Source: Octopus bimaculoides
Taxonomy: Eukaryota
DNA: 64,000 bases
Direction of reading: 5' to 3'
Assembly: GCF_001194135.2 (NCBI RefSeq)
Contig: NC_068981.1
Coordinates: 135,116,458 to 135,180,457 of the forward strand
This document shows positions 49,951-63,850 of this stretch, piece after piece. Numbering within the stretch: position 1 is the first letter of the stretch; each line of letters opens with the position of its first letter. The position numbers and the translations under genes are program-made. The notes beneath the pieces are model-generated. The model was given only the letters and a program-made list of their open reading frames with translations. It was not told where the DNA came from and searched no databases.

Positions 49951-50115
49951 CATTATTGGTTTTCCAAGAAAAGACTTTACTTCTTCACGTAGATATTGAT
50001 AGGCTCTTTGAGCATCTTCATCAGAGTCAAAAGTCACATACCAATTATCATTGTGCGCAAATTCACAGCTAACGAATTTGGGGCAATTGCTACCGGAAAA
50101 TAGAGTTTCAACATC
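49951..50115 (-). CDS. LARP4: LARP4 RRM exon [55 protein letters not shown]
   Basis: Acceptor acttatag and donor gtaagt; 165 nt. CEFAHN.NWY.TF and YLREEVK.F.GKPIM match the LARP4 RRM. Confidence 0.95.
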
Positions 50116-50372
50116 CTATAAGTGGAGAGAGACGAGAAGTTATAAAAAAGATAAGCAAAATTCATAGGCACATTATGACAAGTAATATATTCTAAACAAC
50201 AGTAGCATTAAGCTCATATCGTCAAACCTAGCAAAAAATGAATTTTTACTATCTTCAGAGTAAAATTTAATATTTTTTAAACATATTTTCATTCAGAAAT
50301 TAGTTTGGTTATTCTTTCAGTTTAATAGCCTGAATTGATAGAATATGCATTGAATTATTAAGAGAACCTTAC

Positions 50373-50476
50373 TTGAACGGGAGTAGATGCTGGAATTTCG
50401 CGTAGTATCACAATACATCTGTTGTGATTAGGCCGCACCTTTTCACCTTTATCATCAACTTGTACATTCTGACACT
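50373..50476 (-). CDS. LARP4: LARP4 exon [35 protein letters not shown] (La-RRM linker and RRM start)
   Basis: Acceptor cttcatag and donor gtaagg; 104 nt. [11 protein letters not shown]...RCIVILREI is diagnostic of LARP4/4B. Confidence 0.95.
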
Positions 50477-50699
50477 CTATGAAGTAACATACAAAATCAC
50501 AGTATAAATACAGTGGATATAGGTAGTAAATTTAACATTAAATGGGAAAATACAAAATGTTAACAATTAACAATAACAGGGTTTTATGATTGATATATTT
50601 CAAATAGTGTTTTTCTTACTAATTCAGCCAAGAAAAATTTAATATAAATTAAAGGAATTCACAGCAATTGAAACAGATATGAATTTTTCAGCAACTCAC

Positions 50700-50836
50700 C
50701 TCGAAGAACATCCACAACCAGGTCGTGATTATTTGTCAATCGCTGAACCTGACTGAAATTTGCAACAGCCGATATAGCCACATACTGGTCAGCATCCATT
50801 TGTGACATTAAATATGTATCAGATGTCAAGTTTTCT
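50700..50836 (-). CDS. LARP4: LARP4 La-motif exon [45 protein letters not shown]
   Basis: Acceptor ttttacag and donor gtgagt; 137 nt. ENL..D.YL.SQMD.DQY is typical of the LARP4/4B La motif. Confidence 0.95.
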
Positions 50837-53218
50837 CTGTAAAATGAAATTTAAGATCAATTTTAATTAAATTCATAAGCTTATATACAGTAATCTCTCT
50901 ACTATTGTGGGTGTTACGTTCCAACCCCCACCCCCGTAATAGGTGAAAATCTGTGAAGTGGAAACAGTACTGTAGTGTATTTTCTTATTATTCTTACAAT
51001 TTGTATATATTTATCTTATAAATGCAAAACAACACCATGGAGAAGTTGACATAAGCTTAAATAATGAACCATGGTATGGGAAGGCATTACTGTGCATGCA
51101 CATTGTTTTAACATCCACTTTTTACAAGGAACAAACAATTTATTGAGGCATCCACCTCACCTGTTTCTAAGCAAGACAATATTTTGCCATTGCCAGATAT
51201 GTTCCCACACAATACTGAAAATGATCAATTGTGCTCATTTGACAATAATACTCACAACAATCATGTGAAGACAAGACAAGACACACATTACACGACAGGC
51301 TTCTTTCAGTCTCTCTATATCAAATCCACTCAAGATTTTGGTCGGCTATGGTAACCGACAACCTACCATTTTACTAAGTTTCATTGTACCCATGGTCTTC
51401 GAAAGTCTGTGAAGACATGTTAAAGAATTACAGGGGACCGACATTCTGAGAAGGAAAGAAACTAAGCTTTACTGACTGGCAATGGGATCTTTGCGGCAAT
51501 ATAGGTGATGTGGGAAGAGAGACAACTCAGTCAAGACAGTCTGACTGGAGATGACAAGTGATCGACTAGCTCTGCAGTTATTTCAGTAACAACAGAAAGG
51601 TTAACACAGCTTGTATGTGTGTGTGATTTCATGCTTATCAGTTAAATGGCCAGCCTTTGAATGTGGTCAAGAATATCTAAGTGTGTAGCAGCAGTATACA
51701 ATTTCTAATCAAAGTAATTTTGGGGGTTTGGGGTTATTTTGATTCCAAAGAGAAAGGTCCATTTTGAGATGCAAATTTTACTACATTAAGGATCTGCATT
51801 GCAAAGAAGTTTGATATTTGAAACAAATGCAATGTGAACTGGTCACGCATGCATGTTGCACTGTGATTTAAAAAAAAAAATCTATGCAATGATTAAACAT
51901 TTCCTTTTTGTTATGAATAAGACACAATTGGCCAGACCTCCAATGGAAAATGTTCCAGGCTTCTGTTCATGGAGGGAGTAGAGATTTAGTATGAGGTACC
52001 TTAACTATCCATTCATATGTGCAAAAGACTGAGGAGGAATGAAAGATGGTGTTTTGTGGGAGTGGGCATTGTTGGAAGAGAAAGCAAAAAGGTCACTGAT
52101 ATATAAAAGGAAAATGGGGGGGGGGGGCACTGACAGGAGGGGAGTAATGTGCATTGATCAAGTGTGGATCAAATAGAGCTTTATCAGCATTATGATAGCC
52201 TAATGTGACATGAAGCCAACAAACCAAGAGACAAGAGGCGGGTGGAGCCCCATAAGCAGATAGTTTTGACAAAAAACTTTATATGCCAAAGAGGGTAAAA
52301 ACATTTGATGTTGAAAGCAACAACACATTCATCAACAGAGAGCTCATTACTAAATGATACAGAACACTATAGAATCTTATGACACCAACATTTTATACAA
52401 GCCTGCGAAAGTTAGCAAACAAAACAAGTGGATGAATTTATACCATATAAAATACTGAAAATAATTGCTAGTAACTCTGCTTACCAGTCCATGACACCAC
52501 TTTAGTTCACATCAGAATTTTTTTTTAATAAGCAAATATCTCATGAATATTTAATGAACTCGTGTTTAGTTGAAATCCCACCCAAACCTTTATATGATTC
52601 ACTCATTTCTATTATGCTGGCATTATCACTTTTATTTTGTAATATCATTACTTTTTTTTTTTTTAAATAGAAATTATCAATATAGAGCAAAGATAGCCAA
52701 ATCCTTCTGATACCAACTCACCTGCACTCATACTTCTCTAATACTAACATCATGATCTAAGCTGAAACCCTTTATCAAAAATTCATTCTAATTCATGTTC
52801 CAAACACCAGTTTAACAACAAACCTATTTTACAAAAATTCTTGATTATTTTTTTTTTTAAATATAACAAAAAGATTAATTAATTCCTTCCATAACTTGCT
52901 TCTTTTTTTTCTTTTTCCTACTATTTTATATACATAACATGAAAAAGTAGTTTTAGATCAATTTATTGTCAACACCTTCAGCACTAACAAATATATTTTC
53001 CTAGAAATTTTTTATAAGCACAGAAACCCTAATTTTGCTACATCCAAGATACTCAAAAGAACAGTTAAGCATTCCCCTATAAATCTCTCTCTCCTATTGA
53101 ACACATTGCCTATTATGACTGCATTCTTAGTACACTTTATGACTTTGTAAACTTATTCATAAATAAATTTGGGGAACTACAGTGATACAAAATTGGTTAA
53201 AAACAAAATAAAAAATAC

Positions 53219-53306
53219 CTTGAGAAATAGTACTCCAATTGTGTCTTGAGCAACCGACGGATCTGCTCTTCAGACAGAGTCCCATCAAGCTGAGTTTTAC
53301 TGTCAT
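53219..53306 (-). CDS. LARP4: LARP4 exon: start of La motif, DDSKTQLDGTLSEEQIRRLLKTQLEYYFSR
   Basis: Acceptor ttcttccag and donor gtattt; 88 nt. QLEYYFSR is the La-motif signature. Confidence 0.92.
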
Positions 53307-55326
53307 CTGGAAGAAAGTTAAACCATGGAGAAAACAAAATTGAAGAAAATTAAAATATAAGCATGAAATATTTTTTTTCTAGCTAGCTACAAATAGGTGG
53401 AGTGCTTCAAATACCAAATGGTAACTAGTTAAAAGATACTGTATTTGGTGGAATATAAGATACACTTTACAAAAAAAAAAAAAGTCTCAGAAAATCACCC
53501 AAGGCCCTATTACATACATTTTCCTGAACATGCACTGCTGAAATTGCGGTATGACTAGTATGCTTGTGCATATTTTATGCTATCAAATCCAATAACTCAT
53601 AACTGCAAATGAGGAAAATGGACATCTGAAAAGTTTTGATTTCAATTATTGCAAGTGCAGTGTGAAAATTTTACAAGCAAATTTCATTTATCAATACTAG
53701 TATTAAGAAATTTTAACAGCTTCTTAGTCTAAATTGCTAGAGTAAATCTATTATTAATGTTTTTTTTGTTTTTTTTTACTTAGCATGAATTTCTAAAGAA
53801 AATATAAAAATGTCCAAAAGACACCTAAATGAAAGATATCCAGTCCCTAGAAGATTAAAGTAAATGAGGTAGAGATGATAATCTCCCTAGTTGTGCTGCA
53901 GTGATACATGAGCAAACTGGCTGTGTTGATGACAGAAGTGACATCTCCAGTTATAAAACCCAACCTTAACTGCAAACTTAAGTGTAAATGCATTGACAGT
54001 CAGCATAGTGCACATTGATTTATGTTGCAGGCATTTGTAGCGCAGACATGTGGAGCTCTGCTGTTTTGCATGCCTTTTCTGATACCAGTTTGCAAAAATG
54101 GGTGAAAAAACAGCAATGATACAATTACATAATTTTCTTATTTGCAATGGTCGAAATTGAACAAATACAGAATAATTATAGAGAAATACTGATGATTGAT
54201 TAGCTACCAGCATATTTTATTGTCTGAATGTGATCACTTTATTTTGAAATTTAAGAGACGGCATACAGATTCTAGGATGTTATGTGTCTACACTCAAAGA
54301 TTGGAACTCTGTATAACATGTGATTTTTCATTGCAAATTTGAATATTTGGTTATGAAGTGGAAGAAGTAGCTATTTCAGCAAGTTACAAAGGAGCAATGT
54401 CTCTAGACTGTGGCACAACAGAATGATTGATAAAGAAAGATTATAATCTTATTTTCTTGTACCCACTAGAACTCTATTAATTTTAACACATCAAAATTTT
54501 CATGAGAAACAACAGCAAAAATTAAACTTTCTGTAATTTGAAAGGGATGTATATATATATATGAGAACATTTTTCCATCGTTTTTGATTAATTTCACTTA
54601 AAATTAAATATTTCATGGTACATCTAATATTGTTCTCATATCGTTACCTTGAATCTAAGATTTCATAACTACTTTAATCACTTGAGCTCTACACTAAATT
54701 CAAATACCATGAACTGAACTTGTAGGCTTTTTGAGCACTAAATTCATCACAACCACATCCTTGTTCAATACCCATTCTCATATGGTTGTACCAAGACTTT
54801 GTAGTCAAAAGTTGAAGTCAGTAAAAATGTACAAATTGTAATATAATGAGCTAAAAATGTTCAGTTTCACAGATACTAGTTTGTTTGCTGCACCAAAATA
54901 AATGAAGTTTAAAGGATTTCTATGAAGGAAGATCTGGTAGAATCAATTCTGTTTCTTAGAGAATAATGCTAAATCTTCGATTTCAGATTTTTTTTGTTTT
55001 AACCTCTATTCTACAGATACATTGTTTCTTAAAATTTTGTAGGGCTAAACTTTTCAATATTTTGCAATATAATTTTTATTTCATTAATGTAAACCTTTCA
55101 GGTTACATTCACTTAAGTCTTATTCCATCAAAGCTTTAATATCGAAAATGAAACGTTACGCATCTGATTTTTAGTTTCATAAACAGAAGTCAGAGTTGGA
55201 ATCAATGGTACCAAATGTGTTTTGTGTACTGACTCCACAGCCCTCGCTTACACCCAATTTTCTTCTTCCTTACAACATAAAAGGGGAAGATCTTGAATTT
55301 AAATGTATTAAAACTGAGTACACTAC

Positions 55327-55608
55327 CTTGCAAGGCAACAGTTTCAGTTGTAGAATATATAATTGGATTACTGGTTGCTGCAATTCCAGTGGTCCCAATT
55401 ATTGTCCCACTACTAGCAGCTGCAGAACCAGAATTACTACTCTGATCTGCTGCTGGCACTGTAGGTGAGGTTGTCAGTGTTCCGGGTGTGGCTGTAAACT
55501 CTGCAGATGTAGCTTGTAGTGGGGATTCAGCTGCAGTAGCGACTGTAGAGAATAACCCACCACCAGTCTCTAGCTTGTTTATGTCACCATTTGCAAAGTG
55601 GAAGTTTC
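55327..55608 (-). CDS. LARP4: LARP4 N-terminal coding exon (G)NFHFANGDINKLETGGG...ETVALQ
   Basis: Acceptor ttttcccag; 282 nt, phase 1 to 1, A/T/S-rich open frame that joins the La-motif exon in frame. The donor gtagtg is weak; an alternative phase-1 gtaagc lies ~75 nt further downstream. Confidence 0.6.
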
Positions 55609-58469
55609 CTGGGAAAATATTAAAATGATAGATAGTAAGAGAGAAAAGGTACTTTAACACAAGAATATACCTTATAAACAAAACAATGTTACTAGAGAAA
55701 TTTCTTTAATAGTTTCCAAACAAGCATATTAAAAATCACAGCCATTAATGCTTAAAAGGAAATCTATTTCCCATAGGTTTCTTTGTAACATGCAATCCAA
55801 AAAAGGCTTCATGTCATGACCAAGATTTTCCAGAACACAATGTTTCCACAATGCAGGGGATGCCTGTACTAAGAACCTACTACCTCATGTCTTCTGTTAC
55901 TGCCATTTATAGGTTTAAAACAAAATTCATTGTTACAGCAAAATGCTATGAAAAGCTGGTTACAAACCTATAAATTAAACTTAGAGAAATTTCTGCACAA
56001 TCGTGGTTACAGTTAAAAATATAAAAAGAAAAAACATTACAAAACAAAAATGCCATTAAGAGAGAATACTAGGGCTTTTTTTTAACTCCCACCATTTTTT
56101 ATTTTTATTTTCCATGTGAATCCAATTAAGTCAGAACTTTCTGACGCCCAGATGTACATATTTTCTGTAAAGAAGAGAATATACAACAAATGTTTGCTCT
56201 TTTGACCACACCAGCAAGGATAAAAGGTTAAGTCAAACCAGGTGAGATTTGAACTTGGATCACAAAGTGACAGCCAAATACCATTTTATCTGCCATCTAC
56301 TGCTCTGATTATATTTAAAGTATTACAAAAGATTAAAGAACTATTTCATGAAAGCTATACAGATTCCCTACCAAAACAATATAATATACACATTTTTTTT
56401 TTGTTTAAATAACAAAAATAATTAGATCTTTGTTTAAAATGATCACAAGTTAGAATAAGGCAAATTAAAAAGAAAAATAAGTCGTTATCAATAATAAATG
56501 AAAATATCTCAATAACAAAAGTTTTAATTGTAAATACCAAATAGGAATAAAATGCACAAGCATAAAATAATACAAATGTTCACTGGAGGGTGGGAATTGC
56601 ATAACACTGGTAACTTAAGAAACAGTAATATTTTGGAAAATGGATATTTTTAAGGAAGCCAACATGAGAAAATTGGTCAGTTGTTTTGCTTCAGCTCTAA
56701 CTCAAATCACTTTATGACAATCCAGTTTTTTGATCACTTAATCCAGAATAGCTTTCCCCCTAAAACTAGAATTATAAGCTAGTGAGCAGCCATTTCCACC
56801 TTCAAATTACTTAAATCAGAGTTTCCTACATTCTATATGACTATCAATTGTCAAAGCCAGCAGGTATTTGCATCGCTCTGCAGCTGAATACAACACTTTT
56901 TTGTACTGCTTTGGCAAAGGAGTGGTGTCAGCTACAGGCTTTTCAAGGTTGGGGAATGATTGATACAGTTGATAATCAGTTAAAACACGAGTAAACTGTC
57001 ATTTGCAGGAGAAACGTAGGCAGAGAGATAGGAGTAAAGCTTGACCAAGTGATTAGTGTGGGATGCTGGGTTACTGAGCCTACACAGAGTGGGACAGATA
57101 TGCAGCAAAGTAGCTCAGGAACAGAGAGCATTGAAGTAGCAATGAGAAGGAAAGGGAAGGAGAAAAAAGAGCTAGAAAGCAGATGGTACACATGGATCAG
57201 AGGTTGTAGTGTGTTCATTATTTTTGCAAATCAGTAGAATCACTTCTATTTGGATGCAGATTCGGGATTTTTGCACAAGTGTCCCAGCTATAGAAGTAAT
57301 TCCCTATTATTTCCTTAAGCTGCGTTAAGCATCATCAAGCAATAAAATCCTTTCTGATTTTGAAGGGGAATGTTGTTTTGGGACTAGCAGTTTTGCATGT
57401 GGGATATTAAAAAAAGATATGCAAGACATAGCAGTTACAGCAATTGTAAAACTTTTAGTAAAGGGGTAGGGATTTGTTCATGACAATAAAAAGTGAGATA
57501 CAAGATTATTTCCTTTACTAGTGATTACATAATTTTTTTTTCCTTCTGAGTCTAAACACTATTGGATGAAAATGAATGTGATCATCACCACATTCCACAC
57601 CTTTGTTTTGCCTACAAGAGCTTACTATTACATTTTTTTTTTACTTATTACAAAATTACAAATATATATATACACACACATACATAGTTTTACTTGTCAT
57701 TTGACTGTAGCCATGCTGGAGCACCACATTTAGCCAAACTTCGACCACAAGGCATTCTTTGTAAGCCTAGTACTTACTCTATCAGTCTCTTGTGCTGAAC
57801 CACTAAGTTATGGGGATGTAAACACACCAACATTGGTTGTCAAGCAAGGATGGTGGGACAAACACAGACACACACACATATATATATACACACACACACA
57901 CACACAACGAGATTCTTTCAGTTTCTGCCTGCCAAATCTACTCACAAAGTTTGGGTGGCCCGAGGCTATAGTAGAGGACACTCGCCCAAGGTGTCACACA
58001 GTGGGACTGAACTCCGAACCATGTTGTTGGTAAGCAAGCTACTTATCACATAGCCGCCACTGCACCTACATATAAAATTTATGCAAGTTCTCAGTCAAAT
58101 CGTCCAACCCATGCTAGCATGGAAAGCGGACGTTAAACGATGATGATGAACAAACACTACAACTCTTGGTAGCCATGTAGTCTAGCAAAGTTGGAACTTC
58201 TATATTTATATTGCACAGCTGATGTCAAATTAAACATGGTATTTAAGTAAATAAAAAAGAAACAATATAGAAAACTGTATTAAAAAGAGAAAAACAAAAC
58301 CAAAAAAAAAAAAAAAAAAAAAAAAGGTTGAATATATCTAAGTTTAACTTTTGTATGATTCACTCTCATATTTTACCTTCAGTGTATCAAAAGGGCTTTT
58401 TGGCCATATTCAGCTGCTTAAGTATTTCTCTCAAACGTATTAAGATATTCAGGGCAAAGCTCCAAGCAT

Positions 58470-58655
58470 TCATCATCATCATCATCATCGTTTAACGTCC
58501 GCTTTCCATGCTAGCATGGGTTGGACGATTTGACTGAGGACTGGTGAAACCGGATGGCAACACCAGGCTCCAGTCTGATTTGGCAGAGTTTCTACAGCTG
58601 GATGCCCTTCCTAATGCCAACCACTCAGAGAGTGTAGTGGGTGCTTTTACGTGAC
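58470..58655 (-). mobile_element. Young short repeat with an (ATG)n tail (family D; RTE-LINE-tail-like)
   Basis: Nearly identical to 3735-3895. Contains ggatgcccttccta(a/t)cgccaacc and ends cgttaaacgatgatgatg. More copies at ~13845-14032, 15100-15360, 18676-18930, 20510-20690 and 59890-60065. The RTE link is recognition only. Confidence 0.7.
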
Positions 58656-61600
58656 ATTTTTGTTTGAAAACCTCAATTACTGGCAAATTAAAAGTGAAAT
58701 GTCAATCTATTCAAATTATGTTCAAAACCTCCATATGAAATGAGTTATTTCCAGCACACACTAACTAGCCTGATCAATATCTTATATCTGGTAGACAGTG
58801 AAATTTAACGAAAGGTTCTCACTTTTTTCCATCGACAGTCATTTTCTGTTGAAGAATGGCTTGCCTTTCTGCTACATTGCAATATCTGTTCACAACTTCA
58901 GATAGCTACATCACTTTTGAGTACCTCATGAATTCATATAAATAATGTATTAACCTGTTTCTGCTGTCATCTACAATTACTTGATCTACCAATAAGCAAA
59001 TGATAAGCTCAGTTTGTTTAACTGTTAATATGAATCTAGTTCCGTTTTAAGAACAAAATTTCAAGTTAATTTACATTCTTAAACACCAGCTTAATACTGG
59101 CACTCCGTTGCTTATGATGACAAGAGTTCCGGTTAATCTGATCAACAGAACAGCTTACTTGTGAGATTAACATGCAAGCGGCTGAACACTCCACAGGTAC
59201 ATGTACCCTCAACGTAGTTCTCAGGGAGATTCAGCATGGCAGTGAGTGTGACAAAGCTGGCCCCTTGAAATACAGGTGCTACACATTTTCTGTCAGCTGA
59301 GTGAACTGGAGCAACATGAAATAAAGCGTCTTGCTCAAGAACACAATGTACCGCCAGGAACCGAACTCACAACCCTACGATTGCTAACCAATGACTAAGC
59401 CATGTGCCTCCACAACCAGCTTAATAACTACCAAGTTATTTAACTTAATTCTTCATTATTTTCAAACTTTACTGCAAGAAAAGGAGTGTATTTCAACAGA
59501 AATAATAATAAGAGAGTTAACTTTGTTTAAAATTACATATGATGCACTTCATTTGCTTTTTATTGTAATATATAATTGCTTGTAAATTTCCTGTTAGCTG
59601 CTGAAATTATTTTATCACTAAAGTTTACCTTGCATGTCTCTCAAATTCTACATCCTATTTCTTTGGTCTACCAGTTACATACCAAGATAAGTGAGTAAAA
59701 ACAAGAAATATATATTCTTTATGAACCAAATCTTAAATGTTAAATTTTGGATTTAAATGTTTATTCACCACAAGAAAATGGTTTCTTACATGACGTAATT
59801 CATTTGTTCATTGATTAAAAAAAAATGTGTCTGAAACAGCTGTAGTGAACCTTAACCCGTATGTGATTTTACTGGTACAAGTGTATCATAATCATCATTT
59901 AATGTCTGTTGTTCAGGCTAGCATGGGTTGGACAGTCTGACTGGGCTGGCACGCAGGAAAGCTGCACCAGACACCAGTCTGATTTGGCATGGTCTTCTAT
60001 GGCTGGATGCCCTTCCTAATGCCAACCACTCCGAGAATGTAATGGTTGCTTTTATATGCCACCTGCCAACATGCACTGAGAGCTACCATTATGGAGAGAA
60101 GAGCATCAAAAGGGAGTCATAACCTACCACCCCTTCGTCCATGGATAACCATGTCACTTTTATAACTAGTTTAATTGCTAGTTTGATTTATATTAAAATA
60201 AGTCATATTATTTTGACCAAATTTCTCAATATGGTGAAAATAATCTCACCAAGACCTAGCCACATCAACTATGGTCCAGCCCCAGTGTACTTCTTATGTT
60301 GTACACATGAAAACACAGATGTAGCTTATAGAAAGTGCACTTTAGTAGCAAAACAAGTCTCACAGAAATGCTTGTATTTTGTAAGCAATGCTAGCTTTCA
60401 AATGCCCAATATTATATCATGATCATTGTTTTAATGCCCACTCTTCCATGTCTGCATGGTTCAGACAGAATTCATTAAGATTTTCTAGAGCTGAATACCC
60501 TTCCTGTCACCAACCCTCACCTGTTTATAAGAAGGTAGTATTTTTTATATGCCACTTTCCAACTGCTGCATGATGCCAAAACAAAAAGCCACAATCACTT
60601 CCACTCATGTATAAATATATTTCTGTTGAAAGTGTTGGGAGTTTGTTTGAGTTTCCATCTACCAAATCTAATCAAGGTTTTGGTCATCCTGGAATTATTG
60701 GTGCAATGCACATGTCCAAGATATTACAGAGAGGGAGTGGACTCTGAACCATATGGTTGGAAAGTAAACTTTTTAACTGCCCTGCCATGCCTGCACTTAT
60801 GTGCATGCACGTGCACACACACAAATCTCATCATCATAATTTAAAGTCAGTCATCCATAATATGTCGAATGCTTTCAAAAGGATTTGTTGAGTCAGTTGA
60901 CGGCCAATGGTTAATATACCTTCTTAATTACAATCACTGTACAGAGGGTACCAGATGATTTCTCATGGCACAAGAACTAGAGAGGCCACTAACTAACAAG
61001 ACAAAGAAAAAGCCTCCTAAACTGACTGGTGGTGCAATGGAAAGTGGGGGTGGCTTTAAACCAGGTGATGAGGCTAAATAAAGTATGATAAATGAACAAG
61101 AACAGAAGTCTTGCTATATACAAAACACATGCCCACCCAACATTATACAAAGGTGGGAGTAGCTGGAAAGAGAGATAGGATCATGGTGACATGGAGACAG
61201 AATATACATTAAAGATGCAAAGATGGTGAGGTATAAGAGAGAATATGAGCAGAGGACAGGAACCAGTGGGCAGATGAGTTAGTAAGTATGTGAAGAGGGA
61301 GTGACAGATGGTTGAGATAGGGATAGAAATGAATGTAACGAATGAATGAACAAGAGTGATCCCGGAAGGTGGTAAGTGGTAGTACAGAAAGAGTGGAAAG
61401 CTGAAGTATAATAAACCTGTAGATAGTTATGGTTCATGGTGTGCAGGGTGGAGGAGACAAACAGTAAGAGATGGTAGCAGAGGAATGGAGAGATAGACAC
61501 AGCAAGTGCTACACTTACACAGGCACAGTTGTTTCCCAACCACATAATTCTGGGTTTTGTCCCACTGTGTGGCATTTTGGCCAAGTGTCTTCTACTATAA

Positions 61601-63509
61601 CCCCAGGCTGACCAAAGCCTTGTGAATGGATTTGGTAGACAGAAATTGAAGTGTGTGTATTGTATGCATGAATGTAAGCATGTTTTTCCTTGTCTTAACA
61701 TCAAGTGATAGTTGTAAATGAGTGTCACCTGTAATACAAGCAGTATCATTCATTTCCAATACTCTGAGAAAGCATGCCTAACCATGAAGAATGGCCATCC
61801 AACATAAGCAAGAGGGATAATACTTGCAGTCAACAGACAAAGAAATGAAATAATTTCCTTTTAAGCTTCAAGTTATTTTTATTGGTAAGCAAGCAAAGAG
61901 AATATTTGGGCCAGATATGGCCAGTTTAAATGCAAAGGTGCCACACAGTGGGACATGGCCTTGTAGTTGGAATGCAAGCATCTCAATCACATACCCACAG
62001 TTGCACCTATCCTTTTAGTTTTAGAATTAGAACTAAAATGTTCAAGCTGGAAACAACTTTTTTGAATTATGAAAATTCTCATGCATTTTTAAGTAGCCAA
62101 AAGTATCTGGAAAGACACCTTGTTTAAATATTTAAAAATAGTATTGCTCACCGTCAGTACTAATATCATCCCACTGATGAATGTCCTGTTGTTTACTTAA
62201 AAACACAGTTGCATTAGGGTTTAATCCAGCGCTCTTCTGAGTGACCTATCAAAACAAGACAAAAATTAGTCATATATAGAGATCAAATCATATACAAATA
62301 ATTAATACATTTTCAAAAAAAAAATCTGAAAGTGATTTTTAAAAAAATTTTCACTTATAATAAAACAAGTGTTGCTTGCCCAACATAAAAACTGCTTAGT
62401 GTAAGAAAACAGCCTTATAACCTAATTGGTTTAACCCTTTTGATACCAACCTATCCAAAATTGCCCAAGAAAAATTTTAGTCAAAATTATTAAACCACCC
62501 CAAAACAGTCATAATAACCTATTCATATTTTAATGAGGATTGCAGCAGAAAATTCATTAGTCTATTCATGAAAATACATGGTCTCACTATGTAAAGACTT
62601 GAGCTGCACTATTTGCCTTTATTGTGCATGATATCTGAGCACAATCAAGCAAACTGGAGATAATCTATACAAAATATTATATAGTAAAATTTATGAGCTT
62701 GGATTAAATTTGTATACCATGGTGAATGAAAGATACCAATGTTTCAAAAGTAACCTGTACCTGAACTAATTTCTCTTTCAGAAAGGTCAGTCATAAAAAC
62801 TTAGTATCCTTAAACTCCATTATATTGTTAAAATGGTCACGAATATAATGCTATATATAATAAAAGTCTATTGCTATATTTGAATTATTTAAAAATAATT
62901 CTTTTCCTTTATTGAAATAAACTGTATGGTGCTGCAGCACGGCCACAGTCCAATAACTGAAACTACAGAAATCATAGACAAGACCATGTCAGTAATATCT
63001 ACTGCATTAGTCACTATATCAGACTTGGGCAACCTTTTCTCAAGAAGTGGGCCATCTAAGATATGGTTCATCATCTGGTGGGCTGCTCCAAAAAATTCAA
63101 GGCAGTTTTTCATAAGGAATGCAATTCAAGGAGTCCCGTGGACCACAGGGTACACATGATTGCATTATACACTGCTCAGGATTCTTTCTTCATGTATGAC
63201 ACCTCCTCAGGGGTTTGAGGACACTGGATCGCAATCAGTTAACAACTTGCATTTGTCAATTTTTTTTTTAAACTTCTCAGCATAGGGGGTAATGGCTCCC
63301 ATAATTATGGCCACAGTAAAATGGATGGTATTAGCAAATATATTACAACACTTAAATGAGAAAAAAGATTATTTTGTCCAGATATTCACATCACCATAAA
63401 CTCCAGTTATGATGCAAAATCAGCAGCACTAAGGCCTTTTTCACTAACATCATTCAGCGCTGTATGTTGAAAGGAATATCCCACACTGACAAGAGAGAAG
63501 GTACAGTAT

Positions 63510-63850
63510 AAAACTCACCAAGGGTAGCTCCACAATGCCATTTATGTACCTCACATAGTGAGAGCAAGACACAAACTAACTGATCATTGAGAAGGGAGCT
63601 GCTTGATGCTACACTGAACCAGCAAAACTGTTGGTCTGTCCTGATTAGAATTATGCAGTAGTGGAACTACATTCCATGTTGTTCCAATCATTGTGATTGG
63701 CCGCATTCTGGTGAGCAATGAGGCTAACATAAACCTCAACGGCATGTACAGTCTCAAGCTTGCCGTCTACATTTGGCTCATGGACAACTGCACCACACTA
63801 GTGGGGAAAATGAACCAACAATGCCAAAGTCATGCAGAGAATGGAGTTAC
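63510..63850 (+). pseudogene. Probable Tc1/mariner-superfamily transposase fragment
   Basis: RILVSNEANINLNG...VYIW resembles the IL(F/W)SDEAHFHLNG...W motif around the first catalytic Asp. Heavily degraded. Confidence 0.45.

Noticed and set aside
50837-53218. Search for an intronic box C/D snoRNA in LARP4 introns
   Set aside because: TGATGA and CTGA words occur, but I found no convincing C/D pair with a terminal stem. An Infernal or snoScan run is needed.
56830-56995. Open minus-strand frame FTRVLTDYQLYQSFPNLEKPVADTTPLPKQYKKVLYSAAERC... after an AG
   Set aside because: No suitable phase-1 donor into exon 55608. Only vague resemblance to a hAT dimerisation region; it cannot be assigned.
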